This document shows positions 9,769 through 16,940 of a DNA stretch of 32,000 nucleotides, in pieces. This DNA is from Pseudothioglobus sp. nBUS_23. Its GTDB lineage: Bacteria > Pseudomonadota > Gammaproteobacteria > PS1 > Pseudothioglobaceae. Made by a program: the position numbers and the translations under genes. Under the pieces are notes generated by a model. It worked only from the letters and a program-made list of their open reading frames with translations. It did no database searches and had not been told where the DNA came from. How positions within the stretch are numbered: the first letter of the stretch is position 1; the number at the start of each line of letters is the position of its first letter. The DNA lies in assembly GCF_051201565.1 (NCBI RefSeq), contig NZ_CP179200.1, positions 930,001-962,000 on the forward strand. Reading direction: 5' to 3'.

Positions 9769-9834
9769 AATTTTCTACATATACCATAAGGCTTTCAGGG
9801 CTTTGCCCTAATCCAAATCAATCCTCCAAACGAC

Positions 9835-9860
9835 GAATTTCGTGCAAATTTCGTGCACTT
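9835..9860 (+). repeat. Left copy of 26-bp perfect direct repeat (2 x AATTTCGTGCA); candidate att or arm-type integrase site
   Basis: gaatttcgtgcaaatttcgtgcactt is identical to 23734..23759; lies 14 nt upstream of the integrase ATG. Confidence 0.8.
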
Positions 9861-9874
9861 AATGGAGATTTGAT

Positions 9875-10876
9875 ATGGCAAGCATACAAAAAGTAGTGAA
9901 TAAGAAGGGCGTCTCATATAGAGTTTATATCCGAAGAAAGGGATTACCCAATATTAATAAGACCTTTCCTTATAAGAAGGAAGCAAGAGACTTTATTTTA
10001 AAGATAGAGGAAAGTGAGATAAGTCACAGAGCCTTCAGCTCTAAGATGAACTTTAATACTCTTACAGGGATGTATCTAAGTAACGAGTACCTAGGGACTA
10101 AGCCGCAGATGCAAAGAAGCAGGCTGAAACACTGGCTTAATCATATGGGCGAGATGCCTATTATTGATATCCATAAAGAAGATATTTCTGCAGGCTTGGA
10201 TACGCTTCCTAAAAAGCTTAGCAATGCCACCGTTAATAAATACAAGAAGTTGGCATCCGTTGTCTTTAACTATGGAATCAGAGAGCTAGGTCTAACCGAG
10301 AACCCGACGCGATATATACGCTCTCTGCCTGAAAAGAAGGGAAGGACAAGATATTTATCAGATAATGAGAGAAAACGCCTATTTAGAGCTTGTAGGACTT
10401 CAAAATGGGAGTTGCTCTATCTACTTGTCTTAATGGCAATCACAACAGGAGCGAGGAGGGGAGAGCTACAAAGTTTGAGATGGAATGACATAGATTTTGA
10501 GAAACAAGCTGCTTATGTCAACATTTCTAAAAATGGAGAAGCTAAAGTATTGCCTTTAACGCCCGATGTTATTAATCAGCTTCAATTTTTTAATCAATAT
10601 GATAGTTCTCTAATATTTGGCTCAAAGATTACTCCATCAAAACCTTATGTCTTCTATAAACCTTGGAGGAAGGCAGTGGAAGAAGCAAATCTTGAAGACT
10701 TTAGATTCCACGATTTAAGGCACACTACAGCATCCTATTTAGCTCAAAATGGTGCAACTCTTCTTGAGATAGCAGATGTCTTAGGTCATAAACAAATAGA
10801 GGTGACAAAGCGTTATGCTCATCTCTGCATTGAGCATAAGTCGAGCCTTATAAATAGAGTGATGGGTAGTATTTAG
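9875..10876 (+). CDS. int: Tyrosine recombinase / phage-type integrase with AP2-like N-terminal arm-binding domain
   Basis: Catalytic ARRGEL (R), HDLRHT (HxxR), LGHKQIEVTKRYAH (Y); N-terminal KKGVSYRVYIRRKG; GGAG Shine-Dalgarno 7 nt upstream. Confidence 0.9.
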   Translation: MASIQKVVNKKGVSYRVYIRRKGLPNINKTFPYKKEARDFILKIEESEISHRAFSSKMNFNTLTGMYLSNEYLGTKPQMQRSRLKHWLNHMGEMPIIDIHKEDISAGLDTLPKKLSNATVNKYKKLASVVFNYGIRELGLTENPTRYIRSLPEKKGRTRYLSDNERKRLFRACRTSKWELLYLLVLMAITTGARRGELQSLRWNDIDFEKQAAYVNISKNGEAKVLPLTPDVINQLQFFNQYDSSLIFGSKITPSKPYVFYKPWRKAVEEANLEDFRFHDLRHTTASYLAQNGATLLEIADVLGHKQIEVTKRYAHLCIEHKSSLINRVMGSI

Positions 10877-10924
10877 TATCAGAATAAACTACAATGTTTT
10901 TATACGTATAAATTAATATTTTAA

Positions 10925-12058
10925 ATGGAAGAATGGGAAAATTTTAATTCTCCTGATGAGTGGGAAGAATATTTTGTAAGACAAAAAATACGAAGCAAAA
11001 GGATTCTTAAACCAATTATCGCAAGCAATGAGGAGTTTCAGGGGGAATGGCAAGATTATGTCACCAAATGGCTTGGTGAGCAAATGCTTTACAATGGTGA
11101 TATTGAAGATTTTATAAAAACTGAGATTCATAGCGAAAGAACTGGGATTTTAATCCTCTTCCTAAAGATGCTCATTAAAGACTTTAGTCAAAAAGAACTT
11201 AAATTTTCAGATTTACAAAAAACCTCTGATGCAGATATTTATTTTGAACTAGCACTTGCATTAGCGGATATTAAATATCTATCTAGAAAATCATTAAATG
11301 ATGATGATGTAACTAGGGAAGTTATTGAAGAGGCTACTCGGCTCACATCGAATTATTCTAGACCAATTGAAACCCAAATTGCTGGAAAAAAGTATTCTGA
11401 CTCAAGAATGCTAATTTATCTAGATGATATAGATGCTGCATTGAGTATTTATTTAGAATCTGAAATTAGACATAGTGGAATTGACCTGTTATTCATTACG
11501 CTTTATGCCGACCAAGAAATCATCGCTTATATAGACGCAGCAGGAAAATCCAAATACTTTAAAGATGAACATTCTATGAAAAGCTTATTTAACTCAGATT
11601 TTTCAACCTCATTAGAAAGGGAGGAGGAATCAAAACTTCGAGCTGAAAAAGTATTTAGTAATAATAGTTTTGGAAGTTACAAATATATTGCATTATGGAT
11701 TATTTCTACTGTAATTGTATTATTAATAGCTACAAGCTTGGAGGTAAATGGAATCCTACCTGATGCCTATGGAATTGGGTCTTTATTTCCTATGTTTATC
11801 TTATATATTGTAGTAAGCTTTGTTCTTGGTTCTAATGCTCAAAAGAAACTGGATAATCCTAAAAAATATTTTCCAACATTAACGATGATTAGAAATATGG
11901 AGAATTTTTATTTTGCTATTAGACAAAAAAAACAAATGCTATGGAAAAGGGATGTAAAAAAAGAACTAGCTTTGTTGACAGATGCTGGTGCAGTTATGCC
12001 TGAGGGAATAATGAAAATAATTGCAGATATGGACAAAAGAGACAAAAGGTGGTTTTAA
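10925..12058 (+). CDS. Hypothetical protein: ~250-aa acidic cytoplasmic domain, 2 TM helices, basic C-terminal tail
   Basis: Long ORF; TM segments YIALWIISTVIVLLIATSL and IGSLFPMFILYIVVSFVLG; no motif I recognise. Confidence 0.6.
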   Translation: MEEWENFNSPDEWEEYFVRQKIRSKRILKPIIASNEEFQGEWQDYVTKWLGEQMLYNGDIEDFIKTEIHSERTGILILFLKMLIKDFSQKELKFSDLQKTSDADIYFELALALADIKYLSRKSLNDDDVTREVIEEATRLTSNYSRPIETQIAGKKYSDSRMLIYLDDIDAALSIYLESEIRHSGIDLLFITLYADQEIIAYIDAAGKSKYFKDEHSMKSLFNSDFSTSLEREEESKLRAEKVFSNNSFGSYKYIALWIISTVIVLLIATSLEVNGILPDAYGIGSLFPMFILYIVVSFVLGSNAQKKLDNPKKYFPTLTMIRNMENFYFAIRQKKQMLWKRDVKKELALLTDAGAVMPEGIMKIIADMDKRDKRWF

Positions 12059-12095
12059 AAAACCCTATTCTAAAAAGTTTTCAGGGCTTTAGCAC

Positions 12096-12123
12096 TTGAC
12101 TTTTAAGCTAAATAATATATGAT
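12096..12123 (+). promoter_or_regulatory. Candidate sigma70 promoter for 12228..12982 gene pair
   Basis: TTGACT-16 nt-TATGAT in the 169-bp gap after the 377-aa ORF. Confidence 0.35.
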
Positions 12124-12227
12124 TTAAGTGTAAGAAATAAAAGATTTGTTCACTCAAAGAACTAGGCGGTTGACCTCTATTGTACGCCTTGGGATTTTCC
12201 CTTAAGTACTCAAAAAAGGAGACAGCA

Positions 12228-12740
12228 ATGTCATACCAAAACCAATATAATAAAGACCACTTAGATATCATCATAGGTCCACCTGGACAGGAAAGACTCA
12301 TCGACTCCCTTTATCGTTGTGCTGAAAAGCATAATATGACTATTGATGAAGCCTGGTCAAAGCACGTAGAAAATAGAGCTGATAATCTTATGAAGCCTTT
12401 TTTAAGCTTTGATAGTTTTAGCGATATCTTTACCGCTTTTCTAGGAGAGGAGATTTATGTTCAGGATTACTTTTTAAGTCACTACTATGCTTTTTCTGCC
12501 AATGGGATGCTAATGGCTAGAATCAAAAATCCTGAGGATAGACAAAAATATACAGCACCAGCTCTTAATTTTCAGGCTAAGAACTTGCTTGATGTTAATG
12601 GCAATCCAATCAATATAAGAAGATTTGATTCCGACAGGAGGAAACAATTCCAAGAATTATTTATGCTTATATTTAATGCGAGTTGGGCGTATGTGACTAT
12701 TTCATATGATTATATGTCCATAAAAAAGGGGGCTAAATAA
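12228..12740 (+). CDS. Hypothetical cytoplasmic protein (170 aa)
   Basis: ATG preceded by AAGGAG Shine-Dalgarno (aaaaaggagacagcaATG); the TTG at 12180 in the track is less likely; stop overlaps next start (TAATG). Confidence 0.6.
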   Translation: MSYQNQYNKDHLDIIIGPPGQERLIDSLYRCAEKHNMTIDEAWSKHVENRADNLMKPFLSFDSFSDIFTAFLGEEIYVQDYFLSHYYAFSANGMLMARIKNPEDRQKYTAPALNFQAKNLLDVNGNPINIRRFDSDRRKQFQELFMLIFNASWAYVTISYDYMSIKKGAK

Positions 12741-12982
12741 TGCAAATTGATAAAAATACTCAAGCAGCTTTTTATTTTTATTCAGAGATGGTTAAAGATA
12801 GTCGTGGTTCACGTCCACGTGGTGCAGATGCTGAGTGGTTTGTTTCTTTAACTGAATCTGAAAGACAGGCTGAGATTCAGAGACACATCGATAGCGTTAA
12901 TGAGATGACTGAGTTTCTAGAAGCCGAATACAATGCTGATATTAAATACTTAAAGTCGTTTGGCGATTTTTTGAAAGAATAA
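12740..12982 (+). CDS. Hypothetical small acidic protein (80 aa), translationally coupled to upstream ORF
   Basis: TAATG overlap; no recognised motif. Confidence 0.55.
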   Translation: MQIDKNTQAAFYFYSEMVKDSRGSRPRGADAEWFVSLTESERQAEIQRHIDSVNEMTEFLEAEYNADIKYLKSFGDFLKE

Positions 12983-13054
12983 ACTCTGCATAATGATTAT
13001 GTGAATTGATACAAATAGGTATATTAAATTGTATTTACTTATTAATTGAATTTA

Positions 13055-13480
13055 ATGGATAAATATAACTTAAGTCGCTTCATAGAGGCTCAAGAGACAA
13101 CCTATGAGGGTGCTATGTTGGAGCTTGCTCGGGGCAGAAAAGAGAGTCATTGGGTCTGGTATGTCTTTCCTCAAATCGAGGGACTTGGTAAATCAGATAC
13201 AGCCAAATTTTACTCGATTAAAACTTTAGAGGAGGGCAGGGCTTATCTTGAGCATCCTGTGCTAGGTCCAAGACTCTTTGAGGCTTGCGAAATACTGCTT
13301 AGCCTTAAAGATGCTTCAATGAATAAAGTTATGGGATTTCCAGATGATTTGAAGCTTCTATCCTCAATGACCTTGTTTGAGTATATATTGGATGAAAGTT
13401 CTATCTTTACTAATATTATTGAGGCATATTTTGATGATGAGCGAGATGAGAATACATTAGAGATTATTGATGTTTCGTGA
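13055..13480 (+). CDS. DUF1810 family protein
   Basis: L.RFI.AQ...Y..A..EL..G.K.SHWVWYVFPQIEGLGKS matches the DUF1810 core; ATG at 13055 preferred over TTG at 13046. Confidence 0.7.
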   Translation: MDKYNLSRFIEAQETTYEGAMLELARGRKESHWVWYVFPQIEGLGKSDTAKFYSIKTLEEGRAYLEHPVLGPRLFEACEILLSLKDASMNKVMGFPDDLKLLSSMTLFEYILDESSIFTNIIEAYFDDERDENTLEIIDVS

Positions 13481-13693
13481 TGGAAGTGAAGTTAAAACCA
13501 AGTGCTTACTAGGTGCAGACTTAAGAAGTACAAAAAAATATATAATCAGACTTGAGGCAATTGTATTAATAATAGCCACCTGGGCAAAGTAGCAAACTCC
13601 GCTGCACAATTAGCATTTATTTTATTATGGGTTAATCTACACCATAAATTCATCAACAAAACATAAATCAATTCGTCTTACTTCATAGAATAG

Positions 13694-13790
13694 TAGTGTT
13701 GTTCTCCTAAAACACTAAAGTGAGATTAGATTGAATAGCGGACATTCTCACATCAAAGGTGCCTCTCCTAATTTCCTTTGAGTGTTCGCT
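13694..13790. ncRNA. Two stem-loops with identical TCTCCTAA loop motif (candidate structured RNA or leader)
   Basis: Hairpin 1: 13694-13700/13711-13717. Hairpin 2: inner stem 13753-13759/13775-13781 plus outer stem 13737-13744/13783-13790. The 8-mer TCTCCTAA is in both loops. Confidence 0.25.
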
Positions 13791-13806
13791 ATAAATTTGG
13801 TAACTA

Positions 13807-14001
13807 ATGAAACGACTACTACTACTTTTCTGTCTAACTTCTTTAAGCGTATCAGCCAGTCAAGAACAAATGATGTCAACTATCAATAATATAGCTGAAA
13901 TGACTCAAGAAGAGTATTTGAAAGAAATACTTCAAGCCACGGTATGCAGATGGGAATTAACTGAGGAGGAAAGATTATTTATCGAAAGCTCTTACTTCTA
14001 G
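13807..14001 (+). CDS. Small secreted hypothetical protein
   Basis: Signal peptide MKRLLLLFCLTSLSVSAS; first ORF of the dense array. Confidence 0.5.
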   Translation: MKRLLLLFCLTSLSVSASQEQMMSTINNIAEMTQEEYLKEILQATVCRWELTEEERLFIESSYF

Positions 14002-14135
14002 TTATTTTTTGCTCTCAATCAGTCTTTGCTGACTTAGACCAAGCTATTGCCTATGCTGAAGCAGGTGATGTTAGAAATGGACAAATAGAACTTTATAACA
14101 TTAGCCAAAGAGCACTGGAAGGACAACCCAAGTCG

Positions 14136-14405
14136 ATGTGTGAGTTTGGCACAATGTATAAGAAAGAAGGCTACTGGATTGTTCAGAGTGACAAAGATGC
14201 TTCTGACTGGTGGCTTAAATCAGCAGAAATGGGGTATGCCCCTTGCCAGTTTAATATTGGTGCTGCTTATCTTATTGGTTCAGGCATTGAAAAAGACTTA
14301 TCAAAAGCAAAATACTGGCTTCAACGAGCAATAGATAGCACCTATGAGGAGTTTAGTGAGTCAGCCAAAGTTCTTTATGCAATCCACGAACTCGATAAAT
14401 ACTAA
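14136..14405 (+). CDS. Sel1-like repeat (SLR) protein; frame open back to 13965 and encodes a signal peptide with no canonical start
   Basis: SLR consensus ...A..W..KSAEMGYAPCQFNIGAAYLIGSGIEKDLSKAKYWLQRA; upstream in-frame RKLLLLVIFCSQSVFA/DLDQAIAYAEAGD. Confidence 0.6.
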   Translation: MCEFGTMYKKEGYWIVQSDKDASDWWLKSAEMGYAPCQFNIGAAYLIGSGIEKDLSKAKYWLQRAIDSTYEEFSESAKVLYAIHELDKY

Positions 14406-14587
14406 TGCTAATTCCTATCTTAATTTTTAAGCTATATTTAACTGTTGTTAATTCAATTATTTATGGATTTAGTACTGTTTTGGGCTTATTACTGTTTTCT
14501 ATTGCTGTAAGCAATGCAGATGTGAATCAACATCAAATCTATTGTGAAAAATCAGCTATAGAAGAAGAGGTTTGTGAATCAAGATAA
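14405..14587 (+). CDS. Small hydrophobic protein, family A (member 1)
   Basis: TAATG coupling; paralog of 14603 and 15543 ORFs (hydrophobic N-terminus, YCE.S....C tail). Confidence 0.65.
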   Translation: MLIPILIFKLYLTVVNSIIYGFSTVLGLLLFSIAVSNADVNQHQIYCEKSAIEEEVCESR

Positions 14588-14602
14588 CTCATCATTAGAA
14601 TA

Positions 14603-14788
14603 ATGCATATTCCTGTATTAATCTTACAGTGGTTGGTTTCTATAGCTGATGCAATTATTTATGCAGTTGTTAGCTTCATTGGCATAATCATAGTGGTTAT
14701 CGCTTTTGCTATGGCAGATGGAGATGATTACTGGGCAGAAGGAGGAATGCCACTTCCTGGTGAATCTAAAATTGAATCAACAGACTAA
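14603..14788 (+). CDS. Small hydrophobic protein, family A (member 2)
   Basis: WLVSIADAIIYAVVSF compared with WLVSIAEAIILSVMSF in 15543 ORF. Confidence 0.65.
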   Translation: MHIPVLILQWLVSIADAIIYAVVSFIGIIIVVIAFAMADGDDYWAEGGMPLPGESKIESTD

Positions 14789-14791
14789 CAA

Positions 14792-15004
14792 ATGAATTTA
14801 GATAACCTTTCAGGAGTGCTCTTTATATATTTAGTTTTAGGCTTACCAATTATGACAATAATTGGTGTCATTTTAATCCCTCGTTTTTATTCAAATGAAA
14901 AGTACAAGAATATGTTCAGAGCATTAAGATTGTTTTTTATTATTGTGCTGATTCCTCTTAGCTTTTATATATCTGGAAGTTTGTTAAGTTTGTTGTACGA
15001 TTAG
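14792..15004 (+). CDS. Small 2-TM membrane protein
   Basis: Two hydrophobic helices separated by a basic loop RFYSNEKYKNMFRALR. Confidence 0.55.
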   Translation: MNLDNLSGVLFIYLVLGLPIMTIIGVILIPRFYSNEKYKNMFRALRLFFIIVLIPLSFYISGSLLSLLYD

Positions 15005-15043
15005 ATGATATGAAAAAACTACTACTATCAAAACTTTATAAAG

Positions 15044-15307
15044 ATGGATAGCATTAGACTTTTTAAAATAATTAAGGTTGGACTTATTTTAGTTTTTCTA
15101 TTTATTATTACTTCTTCTTTTTGGGACTGGTTGGCTGAAGATTCAAAAGAAATAAAAGAACTTATAAAGCAGGGTTATCTTCCTTCTGACTATCAGCACG
15201 AAGATATATTTAAATTATGTAACCCTGAGACGGATGAAGAAAAGGTAGCTCTTGAAAAAGCTCCTGATTATTTTTGGACTTGTATGATAAGAGGTGGCTG
15301 GACCTGA
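15044..15307 (+). CDS. Membrane-anchored small protein with GYL..D...C...C domain (family C-related)
   Basis: ELIKQGYLPSDYQHEDIFKLCNPE aligns with QLIERGYLSEDFTTIEYLNFCENIE of 15760 ORF. Confidence 0.6.
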   Translation: MDSIRLFKIIKVGLILVFLFIITSSFWDWLAEDSKEIKELIKQGYLPSDYQHEDIFKLCNPETDEEKVALEKAPDYFWTCMIRGGWT

Positions 15308-15321
15308 TATGAATAACCAAA

Positions 15322-15546
15322 ATGATTAACTTTCTCAATTCAGTTCCGCTTTATCCAGGATGGCTATTTATCTTCTTTTCAGGGTTATTTTTCATAAAAC
15401 TCACAAAGCATCGTAAGCTAGGAAAAGTTATCCTAATTATATTTTCTATCCCTATTTTGTTTATTGTTGCCTCAACGATTTTTGGGATATGGCTAATGGA
15501 GACTAATCCAGGAGTTTTTCCAGGTGGGGAGGCATATACACCTTGA
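15322..15546 (+). CDS. Small 2-TM membrane protein, family B (member 1)
   Basis: HRKLGKVILIIFSIPILFIVA compared with DRRKLGISYLIIFSIPIILFLIA in 18908 ORF. Confidence 0.65.
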   Translation: MINFLNSVPLYPGWLFIFFSGLFFIKLTKHRKLGKVILIIFSIPILFIVASTIFGIWLMETNPGVFPGGEAYTP

Positions 15547-15758
15547 TTACAATCATAACGACAGCTTTTGTCTGGTTAGTATCTATAGCAGAAGCAATAA
15601 TTCTTTCTGTTATGAGTTTCTTTGCAGTCATACTTATGCTCTGGACTTTTACTATGGCTGGAATCTCTGCAGATGAGAATGGACAGCAACTCTATTGTGA
15701 AACTTCTAAAACTGGAGTTGAGAACTGCTTTATGAGGGAATGGAGCATAGTAGATTAA
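15543..15758 (+). CDS. Small hydrophobic protein, family A (member 3); TTG start
   Basis: TTGA overlap with upstream stop; the conserved family region lies upstream of the first ATG, which supports the TTG start. Confidence 0.6.
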   Translation: MITIITTAFVWLVSIAEAIILSVMSFFAVILMLWTFTMAGISADENGQQLYCETSKTGVENCFMREWSIVD

Positions 15759-15759
15759 T

Positions 15760-16056
15760 ATGAACAATGCCTGGACAGAAGAACAAACAAAGGAATCTGT
15801 AAGGAGGCAAAAGAAAGCCCTATTAATCGCAATTCCAAGCATTCCTATAATATTGTTTGCTTTAATGGCAGCATTTGGCTACATTCTCCACCATTGGTTT
15901 ATGGAACCCCCAGAATATCATTTACAAATAGAGCAATTAATTGAAAGAGGATATCTAAGTGAAGATTTCACTACTATTGAATATTTAAACTTCTGTGAAA
16001 ATATAGAGCAGAGCTTATATGACACTTATGATTATGTCTGCCGATGGATTGATTAA
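15760..16056 (+). CDS. Membrane-anchored WTEEQTK-family protein (family C)
   Basis: MNNAWTEEQTKESVRRQKKAL + TM; paralog of 7510 ORF outside the island. Confidence 0.65.
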   Translation: MNNAWTEEQTKESVRRQKKALLIAIPSIPIILFALMAAFGYILHHWFMEPPEYHLQIEQLIERGYLSEDFTTIEYLNFCENIEQSLYDTYDYVCRWID

Positions 16057-16067
16057 AGAAACAAAGT

Positions 16068-16095
16068 TTGACTTTAGTTCATTCTGAAATATAAT
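16068..16095 (+). promoter_or_regulatory. Near-consensus sigma70 promoter placed for a leaderless or very short-leader transcript of 16102 ORF
   Basis: TTGACT-16 nt-TATAAT; -10 ends 6 nt before the ATG at 16102. Confidence 0.4.
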
Positions 16096-16101
16096 CGATG
16101 T

Positions 16102-16527
16102 ATGAAAAAACTACTATTAATCTTGTTACTATCTCTTGGCTTAATTAATTCATCAAATGCTGATTCCTACAAGCCCGGCATTAAAGAATATATGGAGTTT
16201 AAATTCACAGAAGCAATTGAAATACTAAGTCCTCTTGCTGCTGAAGGTGATGATGAAGCTCAGCTATACTTGGGAGTGATATATAGAAATGGTGATGGGG
16301 TTGAGGTAGACAACTTTAAGGCATTTAAGTTCTTCAAACAATCAGCTGAACAAGGTAATGCCTGGTCCCAAAAACATTTAGCTTGGATGTATATTGATGG
16401 AAAAGGGGTTCTTAAAGACTATAAGCAAGCTAAATATTGGTTTCAAATGGCATACGCTAATGATGACCCCTGGATAAGGGAAGATGCAAAAGCTGCTTGG
16501 GATGAGTTAGAACTTTGGAAGTATTGA
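16102..16527 (+). CDS. Secreted Sel1-like repeat protein
   Basis: Signal peptide MKKLLLILLLSLGLINSSNA; AEGDDEAQLYLGVIYRNGDGVEVDNFKAFKFFKQSAEQGNAWSQKHLAWMY.DGKGVLKDYKQAKYWF. Confidence 0.8.
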   Translation: MKKLLLILLLSLGLINSSNADSYKPGIKEYMEFKFTEAIEILSPLAAEGDDEAQLYLGVIYRNGDGVEVDNFKAFKFFKQSAEQGNAWSQKHLAWMYIDGKGVLKDYKQAKYWFQMAYANDDPWIREDAKAAWDELELWKY

Positions 16528-16528
16528 T

Positions 16529-16924
16529 TTGAAGAAAATACTCCTACTAATATTATTATTTTCTTTTTCATCGCACAGTTTAGCAAAGGTGGGTGACAAC
16601 TACTTTTGTCTGATGAAACAATTTATGGATATTACTCCAGACAAAATATATGAAAAGCCATTAGAAGAATTTACTTTTCGAATGGAAGCAGACAAGATTG
16701 TATTTACTGTAGAAAAGGGTTATTTTGCTGGATTTGGTGAATATTTTGAATTGGAGATGTCTGATTATAGGGAATTTGGTTCTGACGAATATCCTAGAGA
16801 ATCTTTCTTTCTCAACAGAGATGATTGGAGAGTGATTAGTGTCTATGATGAAGGTCACTTTAACTATACCTATGTTGAAGGACCTCTTACAAAAACAATG
16901 ATAGCAAGATGCGGCAAGTATTAG
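16529..16924 (+). CDS. Secreted hypothetical protein with N- and C-proximal Cys pair; TTG start
   Basis: Signal peptide (M)KKILLLILLFSFSSHSLA; NYFC....IARCGKY. Confidence 0.6.
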   Translation: MKKILLLILLFSFSSHSLAKVGDNYFCLMKQFMDITPDKIYEKPLEEFTFRMEADKIVFTVEKGYFAGFGEYFELEMSDYREFGSDEYPRESFFLNRDDWRVISVYDEGHFNYTYVEGPLTKTMIARCGKY

Positions 16925-16940
16925 ACAAATTGAATTCAAA

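Noticed and set aside
9793-9804. 12-mer tttcagggcttt shared between 9793..9804 and 12079..12090
   Set aside because: Many exact 12-mer pairs are expected by chance in a 32-kb AT-rich window, and neither copy has supporting context.
13965-14001. Programmed -1 frameshift joining ORF 13807 to the Sel1 frame
   Set aside because: There is no X XXY YYZ slippery heptamer in the overlap, and a fusion would bury a signal peptide in the middle of a protein.
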